NCBI RefSeq assembly: GCF_006345805.1
Contig: NC_043007.1
Location: 37,944,001-38,008,000 of the forward strand
Source of the DNA: Octopus sinensis
Lineage: Eukaryota
Reading direction: 5' to 3'
Length of the DNA: 64,000 nucleotides
Below, in pieces: positions 26,668 to 38,544 of this stretch. Under the pieces are notes generated by a model. The model was given only the letters and a program-made list of their open reading frames with translations. It was not told where the DNA came from and searched no databases. Made by a program: the position numbers and the translations under genes. Each line of letters starts with the position of its first letter. Position 1 is the stretch's first letter.

Positions 26668-27904
26668 TCTCTACAGCTATTTGGGGGAAAGTTGGGGTAA
26701 GTCAATTACATTGACTCCAGTGCTCAACTAATACTTATTTTATTGATCCTGAGAGATTAAAGGTGAAGTCAACCTTGGTAGAATTTGAAAGCAGAACATA
26801 AAACCATGCATGAAAGAACGTATGTGTATATCATCATCAGCATAAAAACATGCATGTAAGAATGGATGTTTATATCATCATCAACATCATATATCTATTT
26901 ACCGTGCTGACATGGGTTGAATGGTTTGACAGGAGCTGGCAAGCTGGAGAGCTGCAGCAGGCTCCAATTGCCTGTTTTGGCAAGGTTTCAATGGTTGGAT
27001 GCCCTTCCTAATGCCAACCACTTTACTTAGATAATGAAACCTATGATCAAAAGTATTCCAGTCTTATTTTCAAGTACTACAGTATTGAAATGTTTCCTTT
27101 TTTTTTAAAGGTGGCTGGGTGGAATTTAAGCAAAATTTGGCTGGTACTTTTCTCAAGTAGAATTTGGCTTGTTGGTTCACAACCATCAAGAAGCTTCTCA
27201 TCTTTACATTGTTGTTATTGCTTAGCCCTTAGTCAACTCTGATCAAAGAGACCTATGATCAAAGACAGTCCAGTCAAAGCCATTCTGTCCTTTCCCAAGG
27301 CACAGTGCATGCACCTTTGACTGGGTGCTTTTAACATGGCACCAGCACAGGTGCCTTTTACGTGGAACCAGTACAGATGTCTTTTACAACAATCATCACA
27401 TGATATCGAGAGAAAGGGACACACACTATGGGCTTCTTTTAGTTTCCATCTGCCAAATGCACTCATAAGGCTTTGGCTGACCCATGGCTATAACAGAAGA
27501 CAATGACCTCAGATGCCATGCATATATGTATTAACCCTTTAGCATTCACATTAAGCATTCAAATGTAAAGTTTATATATTCACCTAGATTTGAATTAATC
27601 ATGCATTATCTTGTAGTTTTGAGATTCCAATGCTATGATTGTTTATTTTACAATGACATTCTTAGGTAGGCGTGAGAAGCCAGATCTGACCAGTTTCAAC
27701 ATAAAACAAGTAGAAAACTTTGGACCAGATATGCTCAAGTGTTAAACTATAAATGGATGGTAGGCTGGCTGGCTGGTGAATGAACCAATAGAAAATCAGA
27801 GGACAAATTATGTTTAACGCTTCATCAGAATTGGGATATACATGGGTTTACATGGAGTTCTAAGCATTGATTAACCATTATGTTATTTCATCCAAGATAC
27901 CAAT

Positions 27905-27936
<32 letters not shown>

Positions 27937-27940
<4 letters not shown>

Positions 27941-28356
27941 AAAGATAAATGCGATACAATAAAATTAATTATAATCGCCGGTGTACCAGTACACGCCATA
28001 TATTATACATATATCATTACATTCAAGGCGAAGAGTGTACTAGATACACAATAGCTGGATAAATTTAGTGAGATGAGAATTAAAAACTTTTACAAACTTA
28101 ACTTTTCTTATACTGCAGTTTCGCCAAATTCAGTAATAAAAATAGTATTTATTTACTCAGGCTGGCTCTTCAGTAAGATTCCTGTTAATGATGGAAAGAC
28201 CATACCAATAGATCCATGTGCGTCTATCGAAATGCTCTTTCTAAACTATTCAAAACACTGCGCAGACTCCGAACAAACCCGACAAAATAGGGGATTGTGG
28301 TATATCGTCTAACGGTCAGAAATTTATCGAGAGAATATGTAAACAAAGATAAACAA

Positions 28357-28360
<4 letters not shown>
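27937..28360 (-). mobile_element. Short hammerhead-bearing element inserted in (TA)n (Penelope-like terminal repeat or retrozyme-like)
   Basis: Flanked by (TA)n on both sides, AAACAAAGATA repeated at both ends, contains the HHR at 28106-28178. Confidence 0.65.
28106..28178 (-). ncRNA. Type I hammerhead ribozyme
   Basis: TCTTA-CTGAAGA-GCCA..TGGC-GAAA-CTGCAG-TA-TAAGA. Complete core, G10.1-C11.1 pair, palindromic stem III, GUA cleavage triplet. Confidence 0.85.
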
Positions 28361-28388
<28 letters not shown>

Positions 28389-28390
<2 letters not shown>

Positions 28391-28692
28391 TAGAAAAAAA
28401 ACACCTTTTATCAATTCAAAATGAACAATTAAATTACACCATCTAGAAAATTACATATAATAGAAATATTAAAAATAAAATAATAATATACCAATGATTA
28501 AATAAATGCAAAATAATAATAAAAACATATATTTGGTTTGTGATTGGCCAAGGGCTATATTATTATTTTGCATTTACTTAATCACTGGTATATTATTGTT
28601 ATTTTAATTTTAATATTTCTATTATATGTAATTTTCTAGATGGTGTAATTTAATTGTTCATTTTGAATTGATGAAAGGTGTTTTTTTCTAAT
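28389..28692. repeat. ~130-bp AT-rich inverted repeat between (TA)n tracts
   Basis: 28389-28520 versus 28559-28692. Confidence 0.9.
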
Positions 28693-28823
28693 TTTTATAT
28701 ATATATTATATTTTGTGAAATTTGATTTAGTATTTCTAAACTGAATTTTTCCCTGTAAGTTAGGAATAATATTCCCTCAAATAATTTTTATTTTTAATTT
28801 ATATATTTCTTCACTTTTTTGAT

Positions 28824-28827
<4 letters not shown>

Positions 28828-28883
<56 letters not shown>

Positions 28884-29368
28884 GGTAGGTAGAGTTATAC
28901 GTATGTGCATGTGTATATGTATATGTATGTGTATGTATGTACATATATGTGTGTGTGTGTGTATGTGTGTATATGTATGTATATATGTATATATGTGTGT
29001 ATGTGTAGGTGTGGGTATATATATGTGTGTGTGTGTGTATGTATATGTATATATATGTGTGTGTATATATGTATATGTATATATATGTGTGTGTATATAT
29101 GTATATATATATATATATGTGTGTATATATATGTGAATATGTGTGTGCATATGTGTATGTGTGTATATATATGTATGTATATATATATATATATATGTAT
29201 GTATATATATATATATGTGTGTAAGTGTGTGTATATATGTATATGTAAGTGTGTATGAGTATGTATGTATGTTTGCACACATGTATGTGTGTATATATAT
29301 ATATATATATAATATATATATATATGTGTATATATATATATGTGTATGTATGTGTGTATGTATATGTA

Positions 29369-29401
<33 letters not shown>

Positions 29402-29461
29402 ATATGTATATGTATGTATATGTATGTGTGTATGTATATGTGTATATATGTATATATATAT

Positions 29462-29497
<36 letters not shown>

Positions 29498-29511
29498 ATA
29501 TATATATATAT

Positions 29512-29551
<40 letters not shown>

Positions 29552-29586
29552 ATGTGTGTGTATGTAGATGTATGTGTGTATGTGTG

Positions 29587-29627
<41 letters not shown>

Positions 29628-29782
29628 TATATATGTGTATGTATATGTATGTATGTATATATGTGTGTGTATGTGTATGTGTATATGTACATATACGTGT
29701 ACGCTCGTGTGTTTAGGTATATGTAGGTACGTAGAGTTATGTATGTGTGTATGTATATGTACATATGTGTAAGTATGTGTAT

Positions 29783-29839
<57 letters not shown>

Positions 29840-30357
29840 AAGTTTATATGTATGTATCCGTCTGTATAATAGGTAACTGCACGTATATATACTTAATATT
29901 TATTATTTATTATTTATTATTTATTTTTTGAGTATGCATGTATGAATAACTGCACGTATATATATTTTATTACTTATTTTTTGAGTATGCATGTAAGTAT
30001 GAACATAAGGAGTGGCGTGTGTGTGTGTGTGTATGTGTAAGCATAGATATATGTATACTTTTACGCATGTGTGTACTTATGTGTATATATGGATGCGCGT
30101 GTGTGTGTGTGTGTATGGGTACGCATGTATATGTGTATGTGCGTGTATGTGTATATGTGTATGTATGTGTGTGTGTATATATGTATATGTATGTATGTAT
30201 ATGTATGTATGTGTATATATATATATATATATATGTAGGTCCCGGGTTGATTCGGGGTTAACCACAGTAAATAAGGTACTCAATACAAAGCAGAGTAAAA
30301 TTAATTTATTATATAGAAGGAGCTTCTACAGGACTAGAACTGTTTCATTCAAGAGAA

Positions 30358-30402
<45 letters not shown>

Positions 30403-31278
30403 ATGTGTATGTGTATGTATTTGTATGTGTATGCATGCGCGTATATGTATGTATATGTATACGTGTGGGTGTGTGTATGTGTGTATATATGTATGTATGT
30501 ATGGGTGTATGTATGTATGTATGCGGATATGTATATATATGTGTATATATATATATATATGTGTGTGTATGTGTATATATGTGTATATATATATATGTAT
30601 GTATGTATTTGTATGTAGGTGTATATGTATGTGTGTATATATATTTATTGGTGTATACGTACAGACTAGTCTTCTAAGATTGTAGACATGAATCTGTAGG
30701 TACGCGTATGTATGTGTATATACGTGTATGTATCTAGATGTATGTATGTATGAATATAACGCGTGCGTGCATGTGTATGAGTGTACGAATGAGTGAGTGT
30801 GCGTGCTAATGAGTGTGCGTGCGTGAGTGAGTGCTTGTGCTCAAGTAGAAAGATAAAAGGGACTAGCTGTCGTAGCCAAGATGCTTGTGACCAGCCGAAG
30901 ATAACAAAAGTAATAAATGAAGATAATAAAATTAAAATTAGGGAATGGGTTTGTATTTGTATGTATATATGTATGTATGTGTAGGTATGAATAGGTACAC
31001 ATATGTATGTATATATATATATATATGTATATATGTATATATACATATATGTGTATATGTATATATGAGTATATAGGGACTTGTGTGTTGTGTGTGCATG
31101 TGTGTATGTGGATTTGTGTGTGTATGTGTGTATGTGTATGTATGTATATATTTTTTTGTGTGTATGTGTATGTGTGGTCGTGTGTGTGTATATATACATG
31201 TGTGTGTGTATATGTATATGCATGTATGTGTGTATGTATATATATATATATATATATATGTAGATATATGTACGTATA

Positions 31279-31315
<37 letters not shown>

Positions 31316-31385
31316 GGGTGTGTGTGTATGTATGTGTGTATGTATATGTGTGTGTGTGTGTGCATATATGTATACATATGTGTAT
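28828..31385. repeat. ~2.5 kb degenerate (TA)n/(TG)n/(TATG)n microsatellite field with short unique islands
   Basis: Directly visible; source of many spurious ORFs. Confidence 0.95.
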
Positions 31386-31607
31386 AGGTATAAGTGAGAA
31401 TTTCCTTATTTACCTAAAACTCTATTCTTCTATATATATATTTTTTTTTTATTCTTTTATTTATTCTTCTATCTAATTTACCACTGACTCCTTGACCACT
31501 CCCCCAAGTATGATTTTTTTGCGCTATGCCTACCCCCAAAAAGTCCCCCACCACCACCCCTATAAACCTGCCTAAATGTATAAATGCCAATACAATTCTT
31601 GTTAACT

Positions 31608-31658
31608 AGCTTCCTGAAGATTTCTCTTGAATGAAACAGTTCTAGTCCTGTAGAAGCT
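31608..31658 (+). ncRNA. Type I hammerhead ribozyme
   Basis: AGCTTC-CTGAAGA-tTTC/TCTT/GAAt-GAAA-CAG/TTCTAGTC/CTG-TA-GAAGCT. 6-bp stem I, GUA triplet; the first pair of stem II is a U-U mismatch. Confidence 0.8.
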
Positions 31659-33659
31659 CCTTCTATATAATAAAATATATATATATATATATATAGTTAA
31701 TCCAAAAAAGTGAAGAAAAAACAACAATGCAAGGATGTGGTACATGCAAAGTTTTAGCAGATGCTCAGGGAAAGAAAGACGTACATTTCGAGCAAAGCAA
31801 GCAATGCACCCCGGCATAGCCCGGGTGCTATGACCTACAGCCAAATTGTATCTGTTCCTTATGGGCAGAATTGGCAAATGAGGAGTATGAAGGAAACAAT
31901 TTCTTTATAGACATGTATTTCAGTAATTTTCTGATGAACAAAACTGCAGTTTCCATCAGTCAGAAGTCTGTGATTGGCCTAGGGCTATAGTAGAAAACAC
32001 TTGCCCAAGGTACCATGCAGAAGGACTGAATTTGGAACCATGTGGTTGGGAAACAAACTTCTTAACCACACAGTCATTCTTGCACCTAATATATGTGTGT
32101 GTGTGTGTTTATGTATGTTTACATTTGTTGTTAAATTGAGTATTGTGTCCCACTATGTCCAAAGTTAGTAGTTCATCAAGCAGAGATGATAACTGCCAGA
32201 TTGAAATACATACTGAAGTCAGTATGAACAATTAAATTTTTGAAGGCAAGACCCATCATGGCAGCAGTCAAACGATTAAGCCCAGTAAAATAATGTTTAA
32301 AGACAATGGCTTCAAATTTAAGGAAATGGATTACTAAACACAAGATAATGAGTTCAAAACTTCATATTGAACTTCCACTCTATAAGATAACACTATAGGT
32401 ACTTCCAACAATTAACAATTGTAATTTGAAGTTAAGTGGTTAACAGTAAGAAAGATGTTCAGATTTCTTAAAAAAATTATTGTGTAAAATATTCTGAGAA
32501 AAAGTTTTTCACCACAACAAACACAAACACACACACACACACAGTGTCTCTGTGGTAACTTGAGCTACTACAAACAGCAGCCAAATCTCTCTTAAAACAC
32601 ACCCTTTCATCAAACGAAAGACATAGATTTACAGTATTTCAGGAAGAAAAAAAAGAAAACTGTGAAGGGTCAACTCTAGGCTAAACAAAACACTGGCAAA
32701 CATACTTCACATTAAAAGATTATCTACTAAATAATACTAATAAAGTTGACGGTATATCTTCGAAGTTTCATTCCCTGGAAAAACTCAATGTATTTGAAGA
32801 TTGTTCTGGCAGAGTTGCCACCTTTAGCTAAAGACTTCAAAATTGTGCAACTCAACCTCGTTTTTGAGGTTACTTTTGTAGTAAAAAGTGTTGTGCAAAC
32901 TCAACCAACTAAATGCAGCAACTAAATTTTCATTAAATGCCACCCAGCAACCTTAAAAAAAATGACTTGGAGTGGGGAGAACATCTTGAATACTATAGTA
33001 CTTGAAAATAACGCAAAGCGGTCATTGCTGGAATACCTTTGATGACAGATTTCACTGATCAAGGCTGACTTAGGGTAAAACAACAACAAACAAATTTGGT
33101 TTCCACATACACACACATCTGTATTTATGTTTCTGTGCATGATTTTACAGAGATAAGTACATATGTAGCATGTGTTTACAGAGATAAACACACACACACA
33201 TACACACACACAAATACACACATAGGGTGTGTGGGGAGTGCTATGGTTTTTTGCATGGTTATTAAAATATTTAGAAGGGTGGAGTCTAAACAGCCATGTG
33301 TTACACACATGGTTCTCAGTAAAAGCATTTTAATATATAATATTCAATATAAAGGATGCTATTAACAACTGGAAATACACACACACAATGAAGATGTGTG
33401 CACATGTGTGTAACAACATGACAATTACATTACAGCATTACAGTACATATATGTGTGTGTGTACTCAAGGAACCACCATGTGTGTATGTATATGTGTGTG
33501 TGTGTGTGTTTGTACATACATAAAAATGATGAGCTTAACAATGTTTGAGAATGTACTCAAAGAACTAGCACATGTGTGTGTGTGTGTGAGTGTGTGTGTG
33601 AGTGTGTGTGCGTAAAAATATAAAAGTTATAATATATATATATAGTATATTTATGTATC

Positions 33660-34140
33660 AAGTTAGCAGGTGGGGTGCTTGTTCTGAAAGCATAACTGCT
33701 AGAATAAGAATAGGTTGGAAGAAGTTCAGAGAGCAACTACCTCTGTTTGTAACAAAGGGCCTCTCCCTCATAGAGAAAAGTAGGTTGTATGATACCTGTG
33801 TATGAACAGCTATACTACATGGCAGTGAGACGTGGGCTGTGACTACTGAGGATATGTGAAGGCTTGAAAGAAATGAAGCCAGTATGTTCCACTGGATGGG
33901 TAATGGCAGTATGCATATATGACACGCAAGTGATCTGAGAGAAAAACTGGGTATAAGAGGCATCAGATGTAGTGTGCAAGAGAGAAGACTGTACTGGTAT
34001 GGCCATGTAGTACATATGAATGAAGATAGTTGCATCAAGAGGTGCCAATCTCTAATTGTAGAGGGAATGTATGGAAGGGGTAGACCTAGCAAGACACAAG
34101 ACAAAGTGGTAAGAAAGGATCTACAGATGTTGGGACTCAG
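33660..34140 (+). mobile_element. Decayed RTE-clade LINE fragment
   Basis: ARIRIGWKKFRE..LHGSETW..RRLYWYGHV..GRGRP..KDLQMLGL with stops. It resumes after the SINE at ~34381 and runs to an (ATG)n tail at ~34724. Confidence 0.9.
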
Positions 34141-35356
34141 GGGATAAAATCCTTCTTGAGCTATGCCAGGCTCATAAGGGCCGGTTTCCCGGTTTCAGTG
34201 GCATAGAAATTCCCCACCTGGATGGGACGCCGATCCGTCGCAGGATTACTAATTTTTGCCAGCTGAGTGGACTGGAAGCAATGTGAAATGAAGTGTTTTG
34301 CTCAAGAACACAACACATCACCTGGTCCAGGAATTGAAACCACAACCTTATGATCATGAGTTCAACACCCTAACCACTAAACCAGGGGATGTCAAGTGAC
34401 TGAGACTTTTGATAGTTTGCTGTGCCCTTGCATACAGAGTGTCCCCTGCATTCCCTCTCCAGCTGAGCATTCCTAACCTTATGGGCTCATGGGTGCTGGT
34501 GCCACGTAAAAAGCACTCGTAGCAGTCCACATAAATGCACCCATGCTGGTGCTACATAAAAGCACCCAGTACACCCTGTAAAGTGGTTGGCATTAGGAAG
34601 GGCATCCAGTCATAAAAATCAAGTCAAAAGTGGCATAGAGTCTGGGCAGTGCTTCAGCTGGCCAGCTCCTGTCAACCCATCCAACCCATGCCAACATGGA
34701 AAACAGACATTAAATGATGATGATGTACGCAAGAGATGTGTGTATGTGTAAGCCCAGGCAAAGCTGGTAATAGGCCCAGAACAGATGTGGACATAAGCTT
34801 TCTTAAGTATTTTAGTTGTTGTTTGTTCTTTCTTGAGCCATGCGTGGCTCATAAGGGCCAGTTTCCCAGGTGTATAGGTTCTCCACCTGGATGGGATACT
34901 GGTCTGTCACAGGTGAGCTGCAAGATGCAGGAGGAAAGAGTAAGAGAAAGTTGTGATGAAAGAGTCAGCAGAAGTTCACCATTACCTTCTGCTGGAGTCG
35001 CGTGGAGCTTAGGTGTTTCGCTCATAAACACACATCACCCGGTCTGAGATTCGAACCCACGATCCTTCAACTGCAAGTCCATTGCTCTAACCACTAGGCC
35101 ATGTGCCTCCACAAGTACTTTAGTAATTATGATTTATGAATTATGATGAGTTAAGGAGATATTTTAAGGGTACAGACATGTGATACTGTGCATATTATGG
35201 ACTTATGTAGAAATACACACACACACACACCCATGTATCTTTGGCCATGCTGGAGCACCATGTCTCATACAATTTTTCTTTCCCTGAAAAGAGAGACCTT
35301 AGATGCCAGTAGCAGTAAAAACTCTCTGAATTTTCTCCTTCCTATTCTCTCTTTCT

Positions 35357-35390
<34 letters not shown>

Positions 35391-36811
35391 GTAACTGTCA
35401 GATTAGGAAAGAACCTCTTAGTCTTGACAAACTTGCTAATGCTGGTGCTATGATAAATGTATTCAGTACATTCTGTAAAGTGATTGGTGTCAAAATAGGC
35501 ATTCAGCTGTAGAACATAAACCAAAATTAAACATTAGACATTGTCCCCTAGACCCATTTAGGAAAGCAGTAACTCCAAATAAAATCTGACTCAAACAGCG
35601 ATGAACTGTTCAACCTATGCCAGCATGGAAAGTGGACATGAAGTGATGGCAATGATTATGACATAAATACTATATACAGTTGATTCTTAAACATTTGTAA
35701 TTATGTATTTTTGTAAGAGTCTTCATGTGCCTTGCTTTCACCAGTGTAGACAATTTGAAACATTATGTTTTTTACTCTATGTATTGCTGTTTTGTTCAAA
35801 TCTGCACTTGCAGATACTAGAGTGTTACCCATCATATAGCAGGTAAGTATAGAAGTATATTTTTGTCACCGAGGGTAACATCAGGAGATATGATATACAT
35901 GCAATAATTATAATTTAACTTTTATCGAATTTCTTGGAATTTATACAGACTGATGAAATGAAGTTTCAAATGAAAAATATTTATTATCCTAAAATAAAAT
36001 TAAATAAAACAAATTCCTCATTTTTATATTTGCAATAAATATATGTAGTTACTTTTCTAAATTTTATCAAGGCACAAGCTTAGCTGTGTGGTAAGAAGCT
36101 TGCTTCCCAAATACATGGTCCTGGGTTTAGTCCCACTACATGGCACCTTAAGCAAGTGTCTTCTATTATAGAAAGCCTTGTGAGTAGATTTGGTAGACAG
36201 AAACTGAAAGAAGCCCATTGTATGTATGCATACATGTCTTTGATAGAATAAGTACTAGGCTTAAAAAAGTAAGTCCTGGGGTTGATTTGTCTGAATTAAA
36301 CCCTTCAAGGTGACACTCCAGCATGGCCGCAGTCAAATGACTGAAAGAGCAAAAGAATAATCACAATCTACTCCTTTGAAAACTAAACTCTGCAAAATTT
36401 CATAACAGAATCTGTATTTTTCAGAAATTTATATATTTGGCACCTCTTTTGTTAATTCTATCTGTTTCTCTCTTCTGATCTCTGTAAAATGTAAATTGTG
36501 AGTGGAAAAAAAAATCCAAACAGACAACCATTCTATCAGCTATTATTATATAAGGCACAAATGTGGCTATGCAAAAAGAAGTCTGCTCTCTGACCACATG
36601 GTCCCAGATTCAGTTCCACTGTGTGGCATGTTAGGCAACTGTCTTCTACTATAAACTGTAGACCAACCAAAGCCTTGTGAGTGGATTTGATAGACGGAAA
36701 CTGAAAGAAGCCCATTTTGTGTGTGTGAGTGTATGTGTGTGTGTGTGTGTGTGTGTATGTGTGTGTGTGTTTGTGTTGTGTGTGTGTTTGTGTGTGTGTG
36801 TGTGTGGGTGT

Positions 36812-36847
<36 letters not shown>

Positions 36848-37501
36848 CACCCAACACCACTTAATTGATGTTGATTTGCTTACATCTCCATAACTTAGTA
36901 GTTAGTCCAAAGGGACTAATATAGTAACTTTCATTCTTGTAATTTTATGATATGTCTATCTAGTTGACTGTCAACTTATCTAGCAATCTGATTGTATTTC
37001 AAATTTTATGTTCTCAATCTGTTATCTCTTTAACACTTTAGCATATAAACTGGCTATATCCAGCCCGAATATGTTATTTGTTTTATGTTCAAACCAGCCA
37101 AAACTGATCTCTTACACCTACCCTATAATGTCAATTCTAAAAGTGCAACAATCACATTATTGAATTCTTAAACCTACAAGATAATGCACAATAAATTCAA
37201 AACAATGTGAATAGCTAAGCTTTACATTTAGACAGAAAGATCCGAATACTAAAGGGTTAAATAGAAAATTGCACACAAACAGATTTTATATCATTTTACA
37301 TCTAGTTTTCCTGCTATGGATTGGACTGGATTGAAAGAGACATCAAGGTCCAAGGTAGGTCTTATTTGGGGTTACTGCATCTTGGTTAGGTCAGGGATTG
37401 CATTTCACTTTCAGCAAAGTTTCTACAACTGGAGTCCTTCCAATTATCAACCACTGTACAGACTTACACATCATCACCATCAATGATAACAACAGCAACA
37501 T

Positions 37502-37810
37502 CTAAAAATGACACACCTCTATGACTATCTCTTCAAAATGACATGCCTCTACAATGATCTCCTAAAAATGACACTCCTCTACAACAATCTCCTAAAAATG
37601 ACACACCTCGACAATAAGCTCCTAAAAATGACACACCTCTACAACAATCTCCTAAAAATGACACACCTCTACAACAATCTCCTAAAAATGACACACCTCT
37701 ACAACAATCTCCTTAAAATGACACCTCTACAACAATCTCCTAAAAATGACACACCTCTACAACAATCTCATAAAAATGACACACCTCTACAACAATCTCA
37801 TAAAAATGAT
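37502..37810. repeat. 30-bp minisatellite (CTAAAAATGACACACCTCTACAACAATCTC), ~10 copies
   Basis: Directly visible; one unit is 28 bp. Confidence 0.95.
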
Positions 37811-38111
37811 AATATAATCCTTCCTACTATAGGCACAGCCCTGAAATTTGTAGGGAGGAGACTGGTCAGTTTCACTGACCCTAGTATTTGACTGGTACAT
37901 AATTTATCAATCCCAAAAGGATGAAAGGCAAAGTCAACCTCAGTGGTTTTAGTTGATCAAAATCAACCCCATGACTTATTTTTTAAACCTAGTACTTATT
38001 CTACCAGTCTCTTCTGCTGAACTATTAAGTTACGGGAATGTAAACACACCAACACTGGTTGTCAAGCAGTGATGGGGGTAGGGGACAAACACAGACACAC
38101 ACACATATATA

Positions 38112-38174
<63 letters not shown>

Positions 38175-38305
38175 TATATATACATACATATATACATACA
38201 TATATAAAATTAATTAAGGGTAGAAATTGATATTAGTCAATTAAAACCAGTGGTCTAGCATATTAAAAAGAATCAGAAGATAAATATTTTAATCTTCGGA
38301 TTCTT

Positions 38306-38341
<36 letters not shown>

Positions 38342-38347
<6 letters not shown>

Positions 38348-38544
38348 GGCCCAAAAGTAGGTTTACACTTATTCTTTCGCACTCATGTATTAACAGTTTA
38401 GATCTTAATTATAAAAAAATATGAAACCATTATTCTATGCTAATATAGTTAATTGTAAGTTAGAAATTTAAATGTAATAAAATGTTTTAAAAGAAAGTTA
38501 AAGTGCTTATGTGATAACTGTAAACCTATTTTTGCACTACCCTG
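38342..38544. mobile_element. Tc1/mariner-type MITE in (TA)n
   Basis: TIRs agggtggcccaaaagtaggtttaca / tgtaaacctatttttgcactaccct. Confidence 0.7.

Noticed and set aside
27800-27836. Minus-strand CTGATGA with stem I-like flanks
   Set aside because: TAAA instead of GAAA, and no stem II.
28777-31476. Many overlapping ORFs rich in Y/I/C/V/H/T
   Set aside because: Translation of TA/TG microsatellites.
37508-37891. ORF of MTHLYNNLLK repeats
   Set aside because: A by-product of a 30-bp minisatellite. The frame shifts at a 28-bp unit and there is no splice or homology support.
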